From: a bacterium
Lineage (GTDB): Bacteria > Auribacterota > UBA3054
Direction: 5' to 3'
Assembly (NCBI GenBank): GCA_017650925.1
Contig: JAGCDY010000074.1
Coordinates: 1-44,838, forward strand
Length of the DNA: 44,838 bases
The position numbers were made by a program, and so were the translations under genes. Of this stretch, positions 42,500 through 44,838 are shown piece after piece. The first letter of the stretch is position 1; every line of letters begins with the position of its first letter. The notes under the pieces are model-generated. The model was given only the letters and a program-made list of their open reading frames with translations, searched no databases and had not been told where the DNA came from.

Positions 42500-44838
42500 A
42501 TGAAAAAGACTTTCGCGTTTCTGGCTCTTTTATGCTGCGCCGCCGCATTCGGCGAAACTTCCAAATTCACCTTCGAGACAGACGGATTGGACGGCTGGAC
42601 CGCCTCCGAAAACGTCAAGATCACGGAGGATCTGGCCGTTTCCTCCACCAACGATATCTTGGTCTCCGCCTGGCACGCCTACGGAGACAATGCGCTTTTA
42701 TTGGAGGGCTCCTCTTCTCTCTCCCGGTACGTTTCCATCTCGGAAAGCGGCGAGCAGAGGATCGCCTTCGACTTTTACGCCACCTGGCCGGACGAAGAGG
42801 CGGACAAGGCTCTTACCGTAAAGCTCGGCGGTATCCCCTTTCTGAAACTGGAAGAAAGCGGCACCAACACGATCTCCGCCCTCGTCTTCGGACATTATTT
42901 CGGCGACGAGGCCGAATGGCAGCCCGTTCCCGGCGTGCGGACGCTCTTCCACCGCAAATGGCAGCATATCGAGATCCTCTTCGATAGAGATCACCTCCTG
43001 AAACTGAAAGCCCCCAATATGGACGCTGAGCTCGTCGGATTCGCCTTCGCGGAGCAGATCCCGGCCGGGGAGACGACTTTTTCCGTGGAGAGCGATTATG
43101 AAAAGATCTATCTCGACAATCTTAGATTCATAGAAGAGCCCTCCGCCCACGAAACGCTCCTGGACGACCGCGCCGGCGCCAGTTTGGGACTAGGCCAGTC
43201 TTACGAGACTTCCTTCCCCGCGAAAACTTCCTTCGGCGGGCTGGAGCTTAGCTGCGCCCTGACGATCCCGGAGAGCTGCATGGGCTTCATCACTCTCAAC
43301 GGTTTTCCCATCCCTTTGAGCGAGCTTCCGCTCTCCGCTGGAGAGAACGTCATTTCCATGGGATTCCTTAAAAACAGCCGTTTGGTCAAGGCCCAGGTCA
43401 ACGGAGTGGACGTCGACACGTCAGCGCTCAGCCTTGATCTGCCCGACACCGTGAACATAAAGGTCACGAATCTTACCATGGGCGGCTCCCTCGTGGTCAA
43501 TGGCGTCTTCGCCCAGAACAGCCTGCCCGTGGTCTACGGCGAAACGGCCTCCATAGATCTTCTGATGGTGGCCTACACCGGCGGCGGCAACAACACGCCT
43601 CCCGAGAACTACACCAACATGTATTACCCGAAGGTGCAGGATTTCTATTTCCGCAATTCCAACGCCCAGCTCCTTTTGAGATACGATCCCGTCTACCGCC
43701 GCATCATCCCGCCCGCGGAAACTTTCTTCCGGAATTACGAAAATGAATTCGGCGAAGAGGAATTGGGCGGCAGGATCATGGCCAGGGATCTGAGGAAAAC
43801 GCTAGGCATCTGGAACCAGGAATACGATCTTTTCGTCTTCACCTGCGGCAACGGCTGGAACAGCTGGGGCGGCAACTGGGGCGGCGGCTCCTACGGCTAC
43901 ACCGGCATGGGCATGATCATGTGCTCGCAGGTCGGCAACTACGGCGGCAGCGGCACGGGTTTCGTGACGGTCCACGAAGTCATGCACTCCGTCGACCAGA
44001 TGTACTCCTACAGCGGCTACCAGGAATACTCAAGCTCGCACCCGGACGGCTGCAGCTACGGCTGGGCCGGAGGCGGCGACACCTGGTCCTGGTGCGGCAC
44101 CGCCATGCGCCCCTTCACGAATTACTTTAAGCTGCGCACTCCCTGGAAAAGCACCTATGTCTTCCGCGACAGCGACCTGGACGGCCTGGCCGACAACGAT
44201 CCCGTCCTTCCCATAGACGAGGTGAGGATGAGTTCCGATCCCACCAAAACGGACACGGACAGGGACGGGCTGGACGACCTTAAGGAATACCTGGTGGGGC
44301 TCTATTATCCCAGCGACGCAAACGACCAGGATACCGACAAAGACGGGCTGAGGGACGGCGACGATCCATATCCCATCATTCCTTACAACAAGAGCATTCC
44401 GAGGCTCCTCGCGGAACCGACCATCGACGGCGTAATAGAAGAGGGCGAATGGACCTACTGGGGTTCCGGCACGGGAGACAGCGAGGATCCGGAATTCCAA
44501 GTCACCGCTTACGCCGGCTGGCGCGACGACGCCTTGTACCTCGCCTTCAAGACCAACAAGAAGTGCTCCTTCACCATGGAAGTGGACGGCTCGGCCTGGT
44601 CCGGGCCCTGGCACGGCGGCGACTATTTCAAGTTCAAGAACCACAACCAGTATTACAACAGGATCTACGCCGCCTCCAACGACGAGAACAGCGTTCAGGA
44701 CTGGAAGAACGGAAACGTTCCCAACGGTTCCCGCTGCATCAAGAAGGACAACGAGCTTGGCGGCTTCACGATAGAAGTCAAGATCCCCTGCAACCTGAAG
44801 TCCATAAGGGGCTACACCTGCTGGCCCGGCGAGGAGCC
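42500..44838 (+). CDS. Large secreted multidomain protein (HExxH zincin-like, Ca-binding DxDxDG repeats, CBM9/DOMON-like domain), 3' truncated by the window
   Basis: Translated by hand from ATG 42500: signal MKKTFAFLALLCCAAAFG, VHEVMHSVD (HExxH at 43973-43987), DSDLDGLAD/DTDRDGLDD/DTDKDGLRD and PTIDGVIEEGEW...AGWRDDALYLAF. I saw no in-frame stop, which explains its absence from the ORF track. Confidence 0.8.
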   Translation, partial: MKKTFAFLALLCCAAAFGETSKFTFETDGLDGWTASENVKITEDLAVSSTNDILVSAWHAYGDNALLLEGSSSLSRYVSISESGEQRIAFDFYATWPDEEADKALTVKLGGIPFLKLEESGTNTISALVFGHYFGDEAEWQPVPGVRTLFHRKWQHIEILFDRDHLLKLKAPNMDAELVGFAFAEQIPAGETTFSVESDYEKIYLDNLRFIEEPSAHETLLDDRAGASLGLGQSYETSFPAKTSFGGLELSCALTIPESCMGFITLNGFPIPLSELPLSAGENVISMGFLKNSRLVKAQVNGVDVDTSALSLDLPDTVNIKVTNLTMGGSLVVNGVFAQNSLPVVYGETASIDLLMVAYTGGGNNTPPENYTNMYYPKVQDFYFRNSNAQLLLRYDPVYRRIIPPAETFFRNYENEFGEEELGGRIMARDLRKTLGIWNQEYDLFVFTCGNGWNSWGGNWGGGSYGYTGMGMIMCSQVGNYGGSGTGFVTVHEVMHSVDQMYSYSGYQEYSSSHPDGCSYGWAGGGDTWSWCGTAMRPFTNYFKLRTPWKSTYVFRDSDLDGLADNDPVLPIDEVRMSSDPTKTDTDRDGLDDLKEYLVGLYYPSDANDQDTDKDGLRDGDDPYPIIPYNKSIPRLLAEPTIDGVIEEGEWTYWGSGTGDSEDPEFQVTAYAGWRDDALYLAFKTNKKCSFTMEVDGSAWSGPWHGGDYFKFKNHNQYYNRIYAASNDENSVQDWKNGNVPNGSRCIKKDNELGGFTIEVKIPCNLKSIRGYTCWPGEE

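Noticed and set aside
42358-42987. Short ORFs overlapping the tRNA and the start of the last gene
   Set aside because: They conflict with the tRNA, its terminator and the open frame from 42500.
42347-44838. tRNA-Asn as an integration site for a genomic island
   Set aside because: No integrase, no duplicated tRNA 3' end in the window and no evident compositional shift.
1-44838. CRISPR array, IS/transposase, prophage or defence genes
   Set aside because: No regularly spaced repeats or recognisable motifs, and the intergenic gaps are too short to hold them.

Overview
A 44.8 kb, GC-rich bacterial chromosome segment made mostly of housekeeping and cell-envelope genes. I found no mobile element, prophage or CRISPR array. 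In order it holds: (1) the distal dcw cluster murD'-LysM-ftsW-murG-murC-ftsQ-ftsA-ftsZ, with no murB or ddl and with noticeably degenerate FtsA and FtsZ nucleotide motifs; (2) a minus-strand nucleoside salvage operon (ThrRS-like/uridine kinase fusion, deoB, pdp, punA), followed by a pyruvoyl-dependent arginine decarboxylase with its own promoter; (3) asnS-cysC, a HEAT-repeat lipoprotein and a B12-type radical SAM gene; (4) two tandem paralogous secreted CotH-family kinases, each ending in a PEP-CTERM sorting signal; (5) a tightly packed minus-strand run of ECF sigma, O-antigen-ligase-like protein, pncC/cinA, recA, recX, GH2 and GH35; (6) a divergent operon of GT2, two cstA paralogs, a GT-C glycosyltransferase and wecE/rffA; (7) an AraC regulator, a tRNA-Asn with an atypical G1-C72 pair, and a large secreted zincin/Ca-repeat/CBM9-like protein that runs off the window and is absent from the ORF track. 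The LysM gene between murD and ftsW, the PEP-CTERM tails and the HEAT lipoprotein suggest a PVC-superphylum-related organism (inference). The best candidates for undescribed biology are the PEP-CTERM-anchored ecto-kinase pair, the cstA pair inside a three-component-type glycosylation operon, and the co-degenerate FtsA/FtsZ. All calls come from motif recognition by eye; no searches were run.
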